Shown here: positions 38,701 to 51,485 of the stretch, in pieces
Layout: every line of letters begins with the position of its first letter
Numbering within the stretch: the first letter of the stretch is position 1
NCBI GenBank assembly: GCA_013265495.1
Contig: MU057640.1
Location: 310,001 to 374,000 of the forward strand
Direction of reading: 5' to 3'
Source of the DNA: Vicugna vicugna
Lineage: Eukaryota
DNA: 64,000 nt
Program-made: the position numbers and the translations under genes
Notes under the pieces: model-generated
The model's database searches: none
What the model was told of the DNA's origin: nothing
The model's input: the letters and a program-made list of their open reading frames with translations, nothing else

Positions 38701-41700
38701 CAGGAGGAAGTAGCCCCAGGCCTCAGTTCTTCATACTCAGCATGGGCCTCACAATGAGACATCTGGTACACCCTCCGGGGCAGGGATGAATTCTGGGCAA
38801 TGGTAGGGACAAACCTAACTCTGAAGGTGTACTGGATCTCACTTCACCCAGAAACCATTTTCAACCTGTAGCCGTCTTGTGGCTCACGTCCCAAAGAACA
38901 GAAAGTCACAGCTTCTTACAGATACAGCCATCAGCCCACTGCAATGTAAAGACTGCCCCCTAGACAGCACACTGGGTACCTTCCGGTTGGTGAAGTAGAG
39001 GTTTTCATGCATATGCACCCGGAATGCAGGGGTCTTGAGGCCGCGCAGGTTGATGATGCCGTACTTGGAGCCCCCGACTTTGACATCATTTACCGTGAAG
39101 AGCCGGTCACTATTGGTATCCGCCTAGAAGGGAGACGTGGACTGGAGGTGACCTCCCAGGCTGAGCTGGGTGGGTTGCCTAAGCCCATCTCCCCAGACCC
39201 CATGCTTTGTGCATTTTCACCGCTTGAGAGCTCCCATCCATAAGGGAGTGTGGAATGATCTCACTTGCCCCTACTTGGTGTAGCCACCACTGGGCAAAGC
39301 TAACAGGTGCCTGGTCTCACAATTCAGGCATAGAAATGGCAGTGAGGGGGCATGGCCAGGAGTCTGAGGTCTGCACAGTGACCCGACTCAGAACTGGGTT
39401 TGGAAGAGTCCTAATGTCCATCCAAAGGAACTGCTCAGATGAACCACTTGGTGACAGAACATGCAGCCATCATGAAAGTCACACAGTAATGTGGAAAATG
39501 CTAGTTATAATTGCCAAGGGGCTAAAAAGAGGAGACAAAATTGTATTCCTATTATACAGGACCTGTGATTACTACCAAATTAAAGAAAAAAAAAGGGCAT
39601 TGCAGTGAAAAAAATATTACAAAAGAAAAGACTGCTTGGGATCTGGGTTATTTTTTTAAAATTTTCTTTTTTCATTAAAAACTATGGTTAATAATTATTT
39701 CAAAGCAAAACCTCTACATATTTTTGTGCTTTGTATAAATTCATAAATATAAAATATACACACATACATGGGTTTGGATGCTGGTGAAAATGCACTCACT
39801 TTGCAAGTTCACTTGGGAAGGACAATTATGCTCCTGAAGAATCATTACCAGTGGTAGAGTCAGATCCAAAAAAATTGATCCCTGGGTGGCAAACAGCACT
39901 TTTCACCCCTCTGGTCATACCAGCCAGCCAGTCATCGTGACTCTGCCTGAGAGGAAGGTCTTCCAAGAGCCAGCACACAGTTTGTGTGAAACAAAGTGTG
40001 AAGACCACGCACCCAGGCTACGCTCGGTAGCAGGTGCACAGTGACCTCCACTGTCCCCACCCGGCTTCCTGAAGAACCCCAGGGAAAGAGCTCCTGAGGG
40101 GAACCCACTGCAAGAAAGTATTCTACTGACTGAGGTCAAACTGTACCCCAAACACAGGGGAGTATGTGAGTTCCGGATTCCAACCTCCCTTAACGTGGGA
40201 GGGCTCTGCTGTCGAAGTCTCCTGGGGCAGGACCTCAAAGGTCAGTTCTGTAGCCTTGGCCTCCAGTCCTGTCAGCAAGCCACCAGGCTGAGGCTATTTC
40301 GTATCCTTCTCTCACTCTCCTTGGCTATCCCTTGGCCTCCAGGAAGGCCAGGGCTTGCAGGGCAGGCTACGCTCTCCTGTGGCCTCAAGTTGCCAGTCTA
40401 GCAGAGAGGTGTGGCTCCTGTTTGCAGTGAACCTTCTGGTCCTCTGCCAACATTTCTCTGGCCCGTAAGCTCAAGTAGTTGTCCCTGGCTTCCAGACCAG
40501 GTATAACCACAAGTAGAGAAGACTTTCTGCTTCTTGCAGATGATGTAATGGAGGTATGCTGGTTGTGTAGGCCCAGGGACACAGCCTGTAGGCCCCTGCT
40601 ACTGAAGTCAGTGATAGCAAGCAAGGGACTAATACGTTATTGCCACTGAAGGACACTGGGGCTTCAGGTCTGGCCACCATCCTGCCTAGTACAGAGAGGA
40701 TTAGAAGCCCCTGGTCCACTGTGTACCTTTCAATTGTGTACACAACACATCCAAGGGAAAGTTACTCTGTGATCATTTTCAGTCAGTGTGTGGTGGGCCC
40801 TGGCTCTAATGTCAAGTGACAGAGTTGTAATGAGGGTAATGATGGTCACATCACAGCCTATCTTGCCAGCTTGGCACCTGCCGATGGGTACCTGATAGGC
40901 GCTTATTAAAACCATAAGATTAAGAAGATGCCACCTGCTTTCATGGCAACTGGCTTCAATGCTAAGCCATGAACTGTCTGGGGGATGGCAACCATGCTCC
41001 CGGCACCACAGAAAGCTTCCTCCCACTCACCAGTATCAGGTTAAATCGGTCACTTGCCAAAGCGGAGGGATCCGAGCTCTGAATTTGGACCTTTTTCCTC
41101 TGCATACAGCTCACTCGCAGCTCATGGGCTAAACTGCAGTGGAGAAAGAGGGGGCAGGGCGGGTATGGATACATATGGAGATATCCATAAAGAAGATGCT
41201 GGGGTTCTGCCCTGTCCCCTGAAGACCATCTCCCCTGGTCAGCCCTCTCCTCTCCATATTAAATCTCAGCAATGGAGTTGAGCAAGGCCCCAAAGAATCT
41301 CAGTTTTAGAATTCTTAGGAAAACCAAAGCAAAGAAATGGGTGGCCCATTCACAGGGTCAAAGAAAGTCAGAACTAGAGGGATTTGTTTTGGATCACCTA
41401 CACAGCTCTTTCTTTTGAGACAAAGAGAATGCGCCTGAGAAATGGACAACCTGCTGAAGGGCACACAGTTAATGAGAAGCCAGGCACACAGCCACCCATC
41501 TAAGTGCTCCTCTCCCTCTCCGAGGACCGAGCAGGTTTTAGGTTGGAGAACAGATCTCTCTAACTAGACCTTTAACTCATCTCCCTCTCAGAAGGAGGGA
41601 CACGCCTCTACCTGTCCTGGTGGACACTGCCTGCAGGACTGGCCTTCCCTGAAGGGGGCTGCCTCCTGTAAGCCACCCACACAGTGTTGTTTCCTCACTG

Positions 41701-44700
41701 GCCCAGGCACAGTGGGAGGCAGCAGAGTGCAGGGGTCAGAAGCTCAGGCCTAGGAATCAGGACAGATCCCACCCTTTCTAGTTTTACCTTTGGCAAATCA
41801 TTCCACTTTGAGTCTCAGTCTCTTCAGCTGGAACCTGGGGGAAGTATCAACCTATCTCACAGGGTTTTAGTTAGAACTGTATCAGACATCACAAGAATTT
41901 AGATAAAATTTAGTACACATCCATTTAATGTTCCATTTTTGTTGACAACTCATTAGAAAGGGAAAAGGAGGCAGAAGTCTGATGAGATGAAGTTAAAGAA
42001 CCTTCTACTAAACTAAAAATGATTTACAAGTAACACAGAGGAAACATCTTGAGAAACTTCTGCCCAGTTTCGCTGCCTAGAGCCCCTCTCCGCTCTCCCT
42101 GGAGACAAGCAGGAGGGGCCCCCCTCCCCCCGAGGAAGAATGACTCTCTCAGGGCTGACTTCAGCAATAGAAGGTAGGCTGTGAGCTGGAGACGCAATTG
42201 TGAAGACTCCTCACAGAGTAGCTACGTGCTCTATCCTGACTGGATTCTTGGACCCCAAAAATTAGAAATAGGAGAAAAGCATTCATGAAGAAAACAACAA
42301 GGAGGCACTGTCTTACCGGCAATAGCTGGTGACGTTGAGAAAACCCAGCTTGCTTTTTTGTAGTAAGGAAGATGCATTAAATCCCAACCTGGCTATTTTC
42401 TAAATTAAAAAAAAAGAGAAAGATTCAATGAGGTTTTATGTTACAGGATAATGGAGACTGTTTTTAGTTTCATAGGATGCAATGAAGAAATAGGCACTAT
42501 GCTGGCAGAAATCACATGCATAAAAATCTGATGGTCTCCTTTGCTACAACACATCCAAGGGAGAGTTACTTTGTGATAGTTCTCAGTCAGTGTGTAGTGG
42601 GCCCTCCTCTCCCTGGAAAGAGGAAAACCCCATTACAATAAAGCATGTGTGAGCTGGGAAGTCTGCTTGGCACCCCTCCAAGCCCCCATCAATGTATACC
42701 TGGGGAGATGAGGCCACCGAGCTACTGAGCGCAGCGATGGCACTGGACACTCAGGTCTGCACTGTGCTTTCCATTCGACCTATGGTGACCGTGGGGCCCA
42801 GATTGTCCATTCTATTGTCCCATAATCATCAAAATGCCCTGGCATCCACCCCCAGAAGGGATACCAGAAATCCTCATATCTAAATCACACGCCCTGATTT
42901 TCTATTTAAAATACACAGTTACCGAAGCTCTACCATACTGCTACCCGTGAGTCTCCCAGGGAAGGAGAAGATGTTAGAATTACTGATGAGGCCTAGCAAA
43001 TAAGAAAAGCGGGGTGGCGGTGGGAGATCTCTTGCCTGTTCTTACACTCTTCATCAGGTTCCTGTCAGGGAAAATTCATTGCAACCCTCCCTAAAGTGCG
43101 CTGCGCTGAGTGTTACAGGGGCGTTTAATTGGCACTTCCCTGCGGCAGTGGGCGGAGGCTGGCAGGAGAGGAGGGGACAGGATAGCCGGCGGGAGCGTGG
43201 AGCCCACCTTTCCCTGCTTGTCCTCTTGCTCTAGCAGCTGCAGCCTCTTGCTCTCCATTTCCTTCTGCCGTATGCTCTCCTTCGTGAGGGGGTTGCAGTT
43301 GTTATGTCCAGGGAGCAAGCGGAAATAGCGCTTCTTTTCAGGATCATAGTAATAACCTGGTAGATCTTTAGTCAAAAGAAATAAAATCCAACTTAAAATA
43401 CCATGAACTAAGCCACGCAGTAAGGAGCCCCGGAGCCTGTCCACCAGCCCTCACAGCTGCCGGACTTTTCTGAGGGCAGGAGGTGGGCTAGCGCCATCCT
43501 GGGCCCAGGTCAGCACTGGGGGAGATGTTTGCCTCAGGATCACCATTCTAGACACGCCAGCTCCTCCCTTTAGTGTTTCAATTTGCTCCCAGAATTTCCT
43601 CCGAGCCAGGAACGGGCTGGTGACACATGAAGTGTACCCACATGTAACTGAAGACACACAAGGCTGAGAAGAACAGTCAGAACAGACGTAACCAGATGAG
43701 GAGGCAGGACAAGGTTTTTTTTAATCTTTCCCCACTGGCAGGGCGGAAGGAGATCTGTCCAGCAGGTTGCCTTACCTGGCACAGAAGAACTGCCAGCTGT
43801 GCCGGATGAGGTGGACGGGGCCTCGTCATCGCAGTGGCTAGAACGCCGTGGGCTTTGCTGTGCCCCCGCATTATGCCTGTTGACACACAGTCACGGTAAC
43901 TTGTAGCCAAGGGCTTGAGTCCCAGTAATTCTCTGACTGTGGGGTCCTACAGTTTCACAGCCTTCACCTCTGACCCTCTGATCCCCAATTACTTGGGGAG
44001 CAGTGACCCCTCTTTTCCTTGGAAGCAGTTTGCCTAATGCAAATATATCTAAGTCGGGGCAAGGTTTTGGTTTCTCATCCTTAAATGAATGCATGTAATA
44101 GTAATTCTCTTTCTGTATCTGCTCATTTGAGCATTTTGTGAGGTCTTTTGGAATTTTCCAGATGAAAATGAGAACAGAGATCTTGGCCAATAAGAATTTC
44201 ACCAGCTGGGCTTATTTGTCAGCTCAATAACAGTTACAAGGCCAGGTGAATTTCATTCTTTATTAGACTGAGCAGTATGGAGAATTTAAACTTTACTTGG
44301 CTACCCAACCCTACAGATGGAGAAACTGGGGTTCAGGGCACAGAGTTGATTTGCTCAGTAATACTGGGATAGAACCATGGTTTAAACGCTCACTTTGCAA
44401 AACTATAAGCCACTTTCGTGGCAATTTTAGACTAAAGGATATAATGATAGAACAAAAGACCTAATTTTAGAATCCTGCTACAATCAAGAACTTCCCCTGC
44501 CCCACAATACCAAAAAGAATACAAATTGCAAAACCAGGATGAAGGAATGAAAGAACTTTCTCTTTTGTCTATTAATACTAACTATGCACAGTTTCAGTGA
44601 AATTATTTATTTTCCTTCTTTTTATGGCCCAGAGCTTCCTGAGGCAGCCTGTCTGTGATCAGCAGCAAGAAGAGGAAGGATTAAGTGTCATGACAAATGT

Positions 44701-46127
44701 CTACATTTCTAGTCCAAGGACTGCTGCTCCATTCTTTCCACATGGAGCCCAGAAAGTGGCTGTCCACTGTTTCCACGCAACTCTGTCAAGCTGAGTCAAG
44801 ACTCTCTTCTTGCACAGATCACATTTTGCTACACTTTGTACTCTTGTGGGAAGGCCTGGAGCCCAAAAAGTATCCATGCTTCTTCTTACAAAACATACAA
44901 ATATTGGGTGCTGTCCTGCTCTTTCTAAATATGGGTCAAGTTTGGGACTCTGGTTCAGAGCAGTATTTTCTGCTGCATCTAATGAGGCCGACCAGGTACA
45001 GAGGGCCAATTCAGAACCAAGCAGCCTGACAGTGGCTTTATATACATTATTGTGAACCTCACAAAAGTACTGTACAGGAAGAGGGACTCCAAGTCACTAA
45101 GAAGCTTGCAGTTTCACACAGGAAAGAGCAGAGTGTCAAACCCAGACTTCCTAACTCCACGGTCCTTGTTCCTTCATATTTTGATGCCTTCAATCATCAC
45201 TGTTTAGGTTCATCCGTTCTAGAGAAACATCCTGGCGTTTGACATATTCTGCTCCTATAACTGGAATCTGTCCATTTTAAAAGGAGATCTGGAGTGTGGA
45301 AGAGTTTTGAAATTGGCATACGGGTCTCCTTTGGCGAGGAGGGGGCTGTGCAAAGACTTCCTATGGCCAGAGGTCATGTCAGCAGCCTTGAACTGTGAAG
45401 AGGTGTTTTCTCTTGGGGAGGGGAAGGGAGGGGTGTCTTTTGTTCTGAGACTAGACTGTATTTAATTCATGCAGAGAAATAAGTAGAGTATGGAAAATAT
45501 TTATTATGGGGACTTCAATTAAGTATACACTAAGTTTTATTTTTTTAAGCTAGGTGGAAGGTACAGTGTTGGTGTTCACTGTATTATTTATAACTTTCTG
45601 TGTTTACTAAATACAGTATTATTTATATTATCATATATACTATATATAGCCTTACTTAGGATTTAGGCTGAATTAATGAAGTTAGGTTGCCAGAAAGCTA
45701 TTTTCATAAGCTGAAAAAAAAAAGAAGATAGAGCAAGTCTACAAAATGGAGAAGCAGCTCTTCAGTTGTATCAGATAATGTTTACTTCTAAGCCTGTGGC
45801 CAAGGCTCTGGTCAGAAGTCATGGTCACTCTGAAAAGCAAGACAAGTGTGGTCAGCTCCTCACTACCCCAGCATGGCAGACAGGCCGATCTGCAGCAGAG
45901 ACACCCCCCTGGGAGCCTGTCAGAAGTGCAGACTCTGGCTGGGCCCCTCAGACCCTGCATTTTGCCGAGACCCCCAGTGAGTCATGTGTGTGTGAAGGTG
46001 CTGTCAACGCTAAAAAGACACTGGACAGCAGCACTTGCCTCTCGTTAGAACCATGCTGTCTGAACCAGGGATTCTGCCGGTGGCTTCTTCTCCCATGTCT
46101 TCTATTCTGCCAGCTGCTTTTATGCAT
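29598..46127 (-). CDS. DCAF4: DCAF4/WDR21A (DDB1- and CUL4-associated factor 4), complete CDS: complement(join(29598..29791,31275..31389,31753..31926,32800..32897,33024..33122,34430..34509,38455..38504,38980..39123,41031..41133,42317..42399,43208..43365,43776..43876,46039..46127))
   Basis: Exons sum to 1488 nt = 495 aa plus [17 protein letters not shown]-terminal motif, H-box, WD40 repeats with WDLR, C-terminus YCFSYS. Confidence 0.96.
31275..31389 (-). CDS. DCAF4: DCAF4 exon 13 (IKLWDLR...GIVVA), WDxR motif
   Basis: ccacag acceptor, G|gtacct donor, 115 nt. Confidence 0.95.
31753..31926 (-). CDS. DCAF4: DCAF4 exon 12 ([11 protein letters not shown]...SDMAGT)
   Basis: ccacag acceptor, ACG|gtaggg donor, 174 nt. 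Confidence 0.95.
32800..32897 (-). CDS. DCAF4: DCAF4 exon 11 (GLSRRVLV...QQFALM)
   Basis: tgtcag acceptor, ATG|gttggt donor, 98 nt. Confidence 0.94.
33024..33122 (-). CDS. DCAF4: DCAF4 exon 10 ([11 protein letters not shown]...CFST); alternative start 33125
   Basis: Tandem cagcaggaggag acceptor; G|gtgagc donor. Confidence 0.93.
34430..34509 (-). CDS. DCAF4: DCAF4 exon 9 ([26 protein letters not shown])
   Basis: TCCTTAAC branch site then ttttccag acceptor; G|gtacag donor. Confidence 0.94.
36809..36827 (+). promoter_or_regulatory. Candidate CTCF site
   Basis: TGACCACCAGGGGGCAAGC versus consensus TGGCCACCAGGGGGCGCTA. Confidence 0.5.
36871..37289. mobile_element. Tigger1-derived internally deleted DNA transposon
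   Basis: TIRs caggcatacct and aggtacgcctg; TA on the left, TG on the right. Confidence 0.85.
38455..38504 (-). CDS. DCAF4: DCAF4 exon 8 ([17 protein letters not shown]), U12-type donor
   Basis: 50 nt; donor CT|gtatctttt. Confidence 0.93.
38980..39123 (-). CDS. DCAF4: DCAF4 exon 7 (ADTNSDRLF...YFTNRK)
   Basis: ttctag acceptor, AAG|gtaccc donor, 144 nt. Confidence 0.95.
40742..40801. repeat. 60-bp element, copy 1 (direct repeat with 42546-42605)
   Basis: 54/60 identical, ungapped. Confidence 0.9.
41031..41133 (-). CDS. DCAF4: DCAF4 exon 6 (LAHELRVSC...RFNLIL)
   Basis: ctgcag acceptor, CTG|gtgagt donor, 103 nt. Confidence 0.95.
42317..42399 (-). CDS. DCAF4: DCAF4 exon 5, contains the DDB1-binding H-box ([13 protein letters not shown])
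   Basis: tttag acceptor, CG|gtaaga donor, 83 nt. Confidence 0.93.
42546..42605. repeat. 60-bp element, copy 2
   Basis: 54/60 identical to 40742-40801. Confidence 0.9.
43208..43365 (-). CDS. DCAF4: DCAF4 exon 4 ([15 protein letters not shown]...QGK)
   Basis: aag acceptor, AAG|gtgggc donor, 158 nt. Confidence 0.95.
43776..43876 (-). CDS. DCAF4: DCAF4 exon 3 (...[18 protein letters not shown])
   Basis: caacag acceptor, G|gtaagg donor, 101 nt. Confidence 0.92.
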
Positions 46128-46135
46128 TCCAGCTC
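46039..46135 (-). CDS. DCAF4: DCAF4 exon 2 with start ATG at 46127 ([22 protein letters not shown]...)
   Basis: Long pyrimidine tract plus cag acceptor; donor is AG|gcaagt (GC-type). Confidence 0.9.
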
Positions 46136-49100
46136 CTGAAAGAGAAAAAAAGAAAATTACTTACAAATGCATGTATGCACACTTTTCTCTACTGTTTGCT
46201 TCCCTCATGCTCAGAAGTAGGCAAAAGGATTGGCCCAACTTGGGTTATCATCAAAGTCGTCACCAAGCCTCACCTATAACAGGACCGCCACCAGGCAGAC
46301 ACATGGATAGAATCCAACGTGCCTGTAGCCACTTTTCTGGCTGAAGTCCTCTCACCTCACAGCTGATGCCTGGCCCACCAACCTGCCAACCTCCATTCCC
46401 TGGGTCACTGTGGAGGAGCTGACAGACTCTTACAGTTTACTTCACAATGACAGTTTGAGCCTGGCATGAGAACCCTCCTAGGCTAGACTTCTTTTCAGAT
46501 AACACCAGAGCATATAATAATTTTTCTTTCAATTCACACACATCCCTATTCACAGAAAATAGTTAACAGTGAACACTTTCTCCAACTCAGTTTCAATACT
46601 GACCAAGGCAAACTGAACAAATTAAGCAGGGCCTGCCTATTACTTCTCAATGTGCTTTTCACTTAAATCAGCAAATCATCACACGTTTTAACATTGGAAA
46701 TCATATTAGGAATTCTTAAAAAGACTGAACTGTAGTACATGAACCAGTTGCTGGGAGTTTCAAGCTTTCCTAACGCCTGCTTATCTTTTCCACCGGAGAC
46801 ATTGTGATATCTTACTGAATACACTTTAAAAACATATTCAAATGCCATAACAAAATTAGAAACAAATTTTTAAGGCTGAGTGCAACCAAACAATAGATTG
46901 GAAAATCTATTTGCCTTTATTTCTCAACTTCTACTTTTGAGTGGGGAATGTCTGTTAGCATCAAACAGAGCATTTGAAGTCTGGATCTGCATTCCAGAAT
47001 TCTGTATTTATCCAACAACTTTCGTGTCAACTTATGATTGTGAGTTGGGGCTAATTCAATACAAAGGAAGAGTAATTTAGTGAGTATAGTACTTAACCAA
47101 ACATAGCATGAATTCTGTAATGTAGTACTCGATCTGCTTGCTTCAGAGTCAGTCTGCCTCCCCCACTGGGCCACTCCACAACCTGGATTAATTTAACCAA
47201 CCACTCTCTAGTCCTGTGCCAGAATTAGTAAGCACTACTAGAGCGAGCTATATAGCCATGCTGACTTGGAGTCGTCATAAATGCCTCACTTTCATTCTCT
47301 GCTGGGACATTATAAATCAACCTGATCTTATTTACTCCTAGTCTGATTCACTCCTGACAGTCCAGGGTTTTATCACTCTCCTAAAATCCCTTCCTACTTC
47401 CTGCCAGTCACCCTTAATAGATAGCATAGCTCCCCACCTCACAGAGAAGAGATATGTTACCAGCAGGAATAGCCCAATTTCTTTCCCATCCACTCCACAA
47501 ACATCTGCCTTTACTACTTTTTATCATCTTCTCTCTTGTTTTGGAGAAACAGGTGTCCCTGTACCATTTCCAGGCAAACCCATCTCACCTGGCTGTTTAT
47601 CTCATTTTCTTCTCAAACTCTGCAGACATCTGTTCCCATATATGTTTAATCAATCTTCCCCTCTCCTTATCTCAGCTTACATAAACATGCTCAGGTTTTT
47701 CATTTGTATGTGCTCTACCTCTAACCCAAAAGGAACAGAAATGTTCGGAGAGCACGGTCTACAGGTATACATTCCACTTCTTTGTTTCCAATCATTCTTC
47801 AACCCACTGCAGTTAGACCTCCTCTATCCTCATCTTTCTGCTAAAATGCTCTTGCTGAGGTATTAACTAATGATGGCCTCCTTGCCAAAGTTAGCAGTCT
47901 CTTTTTAGCCCTTATTCCTGCAACGTGTGACACCATGAAGCATCACTCTTCCTTTAGCTTCTGTAATCTTCCTCTTGGTTCTCTTCTTACCTGTCAAGTT
48001 CATCCTTTTCTAGTTTCTTTTGGGTCACCCACTCCATGTGTGTTTTCCACTGTTCTGTTCCAGATCCTCCTGTTTTCATACTTAATACCACCTTACTTGT
48101 CACACAGCTTCATTACTAATCCTAGCATCCCTCTTGAGCATCAAGTTCTAATTAAAAGGCTGCCTTCTGTCTACTGCCATAGACCTAGCAGCCTCAACAT
48201 GTTTAAAAGTGAGTTCATGATCTCTCCCTTGTGCTCAGTTTGCTTCTACCTATCTGTAATTCCCTTCTCTGAAATTCTCCCACTGCCCCACTCCCATCCA
48301 AAAGTATAATAATTGTATTCATTTTCCTCAGCAATCCCTTTAATGGCTCATGGACACCACAGGCAAAGGTTTCCCTTTGGATTAATTATCTTATGCCTCA
48401 GCCAAAGAATAAAGTTGCATTTATTAACTAGTTAAGTTACAAACTAAAAGGCACTGTGTATAGGAAGGGAAATACGTATGCTCAGTGTTAAGAAAACTGG
48501 TAAGAGAAATAAGCCATGTTGACATAAGATTATTATTACCAACTTTATTCAGAGATAAAAATTTCTTTAGATTATACATTCTGTACATGACTCCAATTTG
48601 CTTAGTTATGAAATAATACATGAATATACTGAAGAACACAGGTAACGGTGAATCAAAGACTTTAGGTCATCCATCAGGAGGCAGGGCCACTGGTCCACCT
48701 GCATCACTATTCTCAACAGTTGGGCACTGCACGATCAGAAAGACACAGTAAATACTGAAATAAATGGTGAGTGATTTTGGCCAAAGACAATGTTTTTAAA
48801 CAATCAACTCACACAGCACAGGCTCAGACACTGCAACAGAATAAGGGAGGCTGACACTAACTATTTTAATAAGAAAGACCAAGTCAAAGCCATTTAAAAA
48901 AGCCACAATAAATAGAAGTTGACCAAATACAGAAAGGGTTAAGAGTAGGATGAAACGGTATCTTTTTATACTTTCAAGAAGCCTATTTGAGGGGTGGGGA
49001 GAGTCTTCCCCAAATGCAAACATAGTTCATTCTCAATGTGAACTTTAATGGATTATGCTTACACTTATCACCCTGTACTGAACTTCTGTTTGTACTCCTA

Positions 49101-50165
49101 CTTTGTATTAGACATGATGTGAATGTTTTAAGGCAAAGATCCTGCCCTTGTTCTTTTTTCTATTCCTAGCACCCAGGACCTAGTTGGTTCTTAGTAACTA
49201 TTCACTGAGCCAAAACAAACCAAACAAACAACTCCTTGAAATCCCAGGTAGCTTCCTTCTGCTCTGGGCATTTTCGTTTGTTATTCAACATATATTTACA
49301 AAGTGCCCACTCTATGTCAGGCACTGGGGAGCAGGCAGAGATAAAAAAACTGTGGTTCCCGTTCTCAAGGCACTCGTTGTTTAGCAGGGCACATGAATGC
49401 ATGAACAAATTCCTGTAGTGCATCATAAGGATGAAGACCCAGATCTCTGCAGGTGCAGTGGGAGAGAAAGGAGTGACTGGTCTGAGTGAAAGGGACAGAG
49501 GGGAGACAAGAGTTTTAACCACAGCCTGAAGAACGAGTGTCAGGCAAGGTAGTGCGCTGAGGGGCCTGCAAGCAGTTTGGTATGGCTAGAACCTTAAGTA
49601 AAGAGGGCTAAGGGATGAGGCTAGAGAAGAAGGCAGGACCAGATGCCAAGGTCTCTGGGTGCTGGGTGATTAGCATGATTAGACCTGCGTTTTAGAAAGG
49701 GCACTTTAAAGGCAGCAGTGGAGGGAGTAAGTTGGAAGTTAAAGACTGCTGGGGCAACTCAGGTTAGAGGAACCCACTAACACAGAAGTGATACTTGGGA
49801 AACAGAACCCTGAATTTAGAAAGATTTAGAAGGTGAATTTCACAGGAGAGGTGGAGAGAGGGGAGCTGATAACCGATACGTGAATAATTGGTAGTGTCCT
49901 GACCTGGGAGAGCAAGAATAAATGAGGAAAAGCAGTTTGGGAAAAGATGAGAGTAAGTCTCATTTTGAATAAATCAATCTCAAGATGTTTGTAAATAAGG
50001 GTCTGGGAACCAAGAGGGAAAATGAGGCTAAAGATAGAGTCATCAGTACGTGGTGACAGACTGAGACAAATGTGGCTCCAAAACCAAATATATAGCGGGG
50101 ATTAAAATTCAAAATTAGAGACAATTTTATTGGACAGTAATATGAAATCAGTACAGTTTCTCGAT

Positions 50166-50371
50166 CAGTGTTTCTTAACCAAGGACAATTTCACCCACCA
50201 GGGAACACTTGGCAATGTCTGGGGACACTTTTGTTTGTCACAACCTGGGGGTGGGTTGCTGCTAGCATCTAGTGGGTGGAAGCCAGAGATGCTGCTAACC
50301 ATCCTACAACACGGACGGCCCCTTGCAACAAACTATCAAGCCCCAAATAGTCCTGAGGTTAAGAAATCCTG
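50166..50371. mobile_element. MER20 (hAT-Charlie)
   Basis: cagtgtttcttaacc..ggcaatgtctgg..gcatctagtgggt..gaggttaagaaatcctg; degenerate 8-bp flanks ttctcgat and ttctagtt. Confidence 0.85.
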
Positions 50372-50714
50372 TTCTAGTTAGGAAGTGCTCAACAATTTGC
50401 TGGGTGAAATGCTGAATCCTAGTGCCTTCGTAGATACTCTGCCAGGCACAGACATTAAAACAGATGTGGAAGGCTGAGCTTGGCTTTGCCTCTTAGAGAG
50501 TCTTTCCAGTACTTAAAGGAGTAAAGAAGAATAATTTCTAAGAGATCACTATTCTAGAAAGACAATGTTAATCTCAAACAAATAAACATGATTTAACTTT
50601 TTGAAAAATGAGCAATACTTATCAAGTAACTTATACTTGCCTTTTTCTGAGAAGTGATTCTAAGAAAATAATACAAAAGATTATAAAAATTATATGTAAG
50701 ATATTTACTGCAAT

Positions 50715-51450
50715 TTTTCAATTCACTTTATGAAGCTAGTATTACTGTTGCCAAAACCAGACAAAGGTAATCACAAGACTAGAAAATTATAGATCTACTT
50801 TATGAACACAGACACACAAATCCTCAACCAAATGCTAGCAGACCAAATCCAGAAGCATATAAACAGGATTATACACCATGACCAAGTAGGATTTACCCCA
50901 GGAATATAAATGTACGATTCAACATACGAAAAGCAATCAACACAAAACGTATTAATAGAGTATATGAGGAAAAAACCCCTTTACACAAGTACCTCAATAG
51001 ATACAGAAAAAGCATTGGACAAAATCCAGTACCTTTCCTGATAGAAACTAGGCACAGAAGGTAACTTCGTCAACTTGATAAAGGGCATCTACAAAAACCC
51101 ACAGCTAACATTATATTTAATGGTGAAAGACTGCAAGCTTTCCTCCTAAGACCAAGAACAAGACAAGGATATCTGTTCTCACCACTTCAACACTGTACTG
51201 GAGGAGGGGGAGGATAGAGCTCAGTGCCAGTGACTGCTCAGCATGCAGGAGGTCCTGGGTTCAATCCCTAGAACCTCCATTAAAAAAATAAGCCAAATCC
51301 ACCCCCCCCCAAAAACCCCACTGTACTGGAAGTTCTAGCTAGAGGCAGCTAGGTAAGAAAAAGCAATAAATGGCACCCAAACAGGAAAAGAAGTAAATTT
51401 TTTTCTATTTGCAGATGACATGATGTTACATACAGGAAATCCTACTAGAC

Positions 51451-51485
<35 letters not shown>

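Noticed and set aside
45766..46344. 192-aa plus-strand ORF antisense to DCAF4 exon 2
   Set aside because: Non-ATG start, no recognisable domain, runs through the exon and its pyrimidine tract; likely chance
51453..51484. Long poly(A) run inside the L1
   Set aside because: No clear TSD or attached element; likely slippage expansion of an A-rich L1 site
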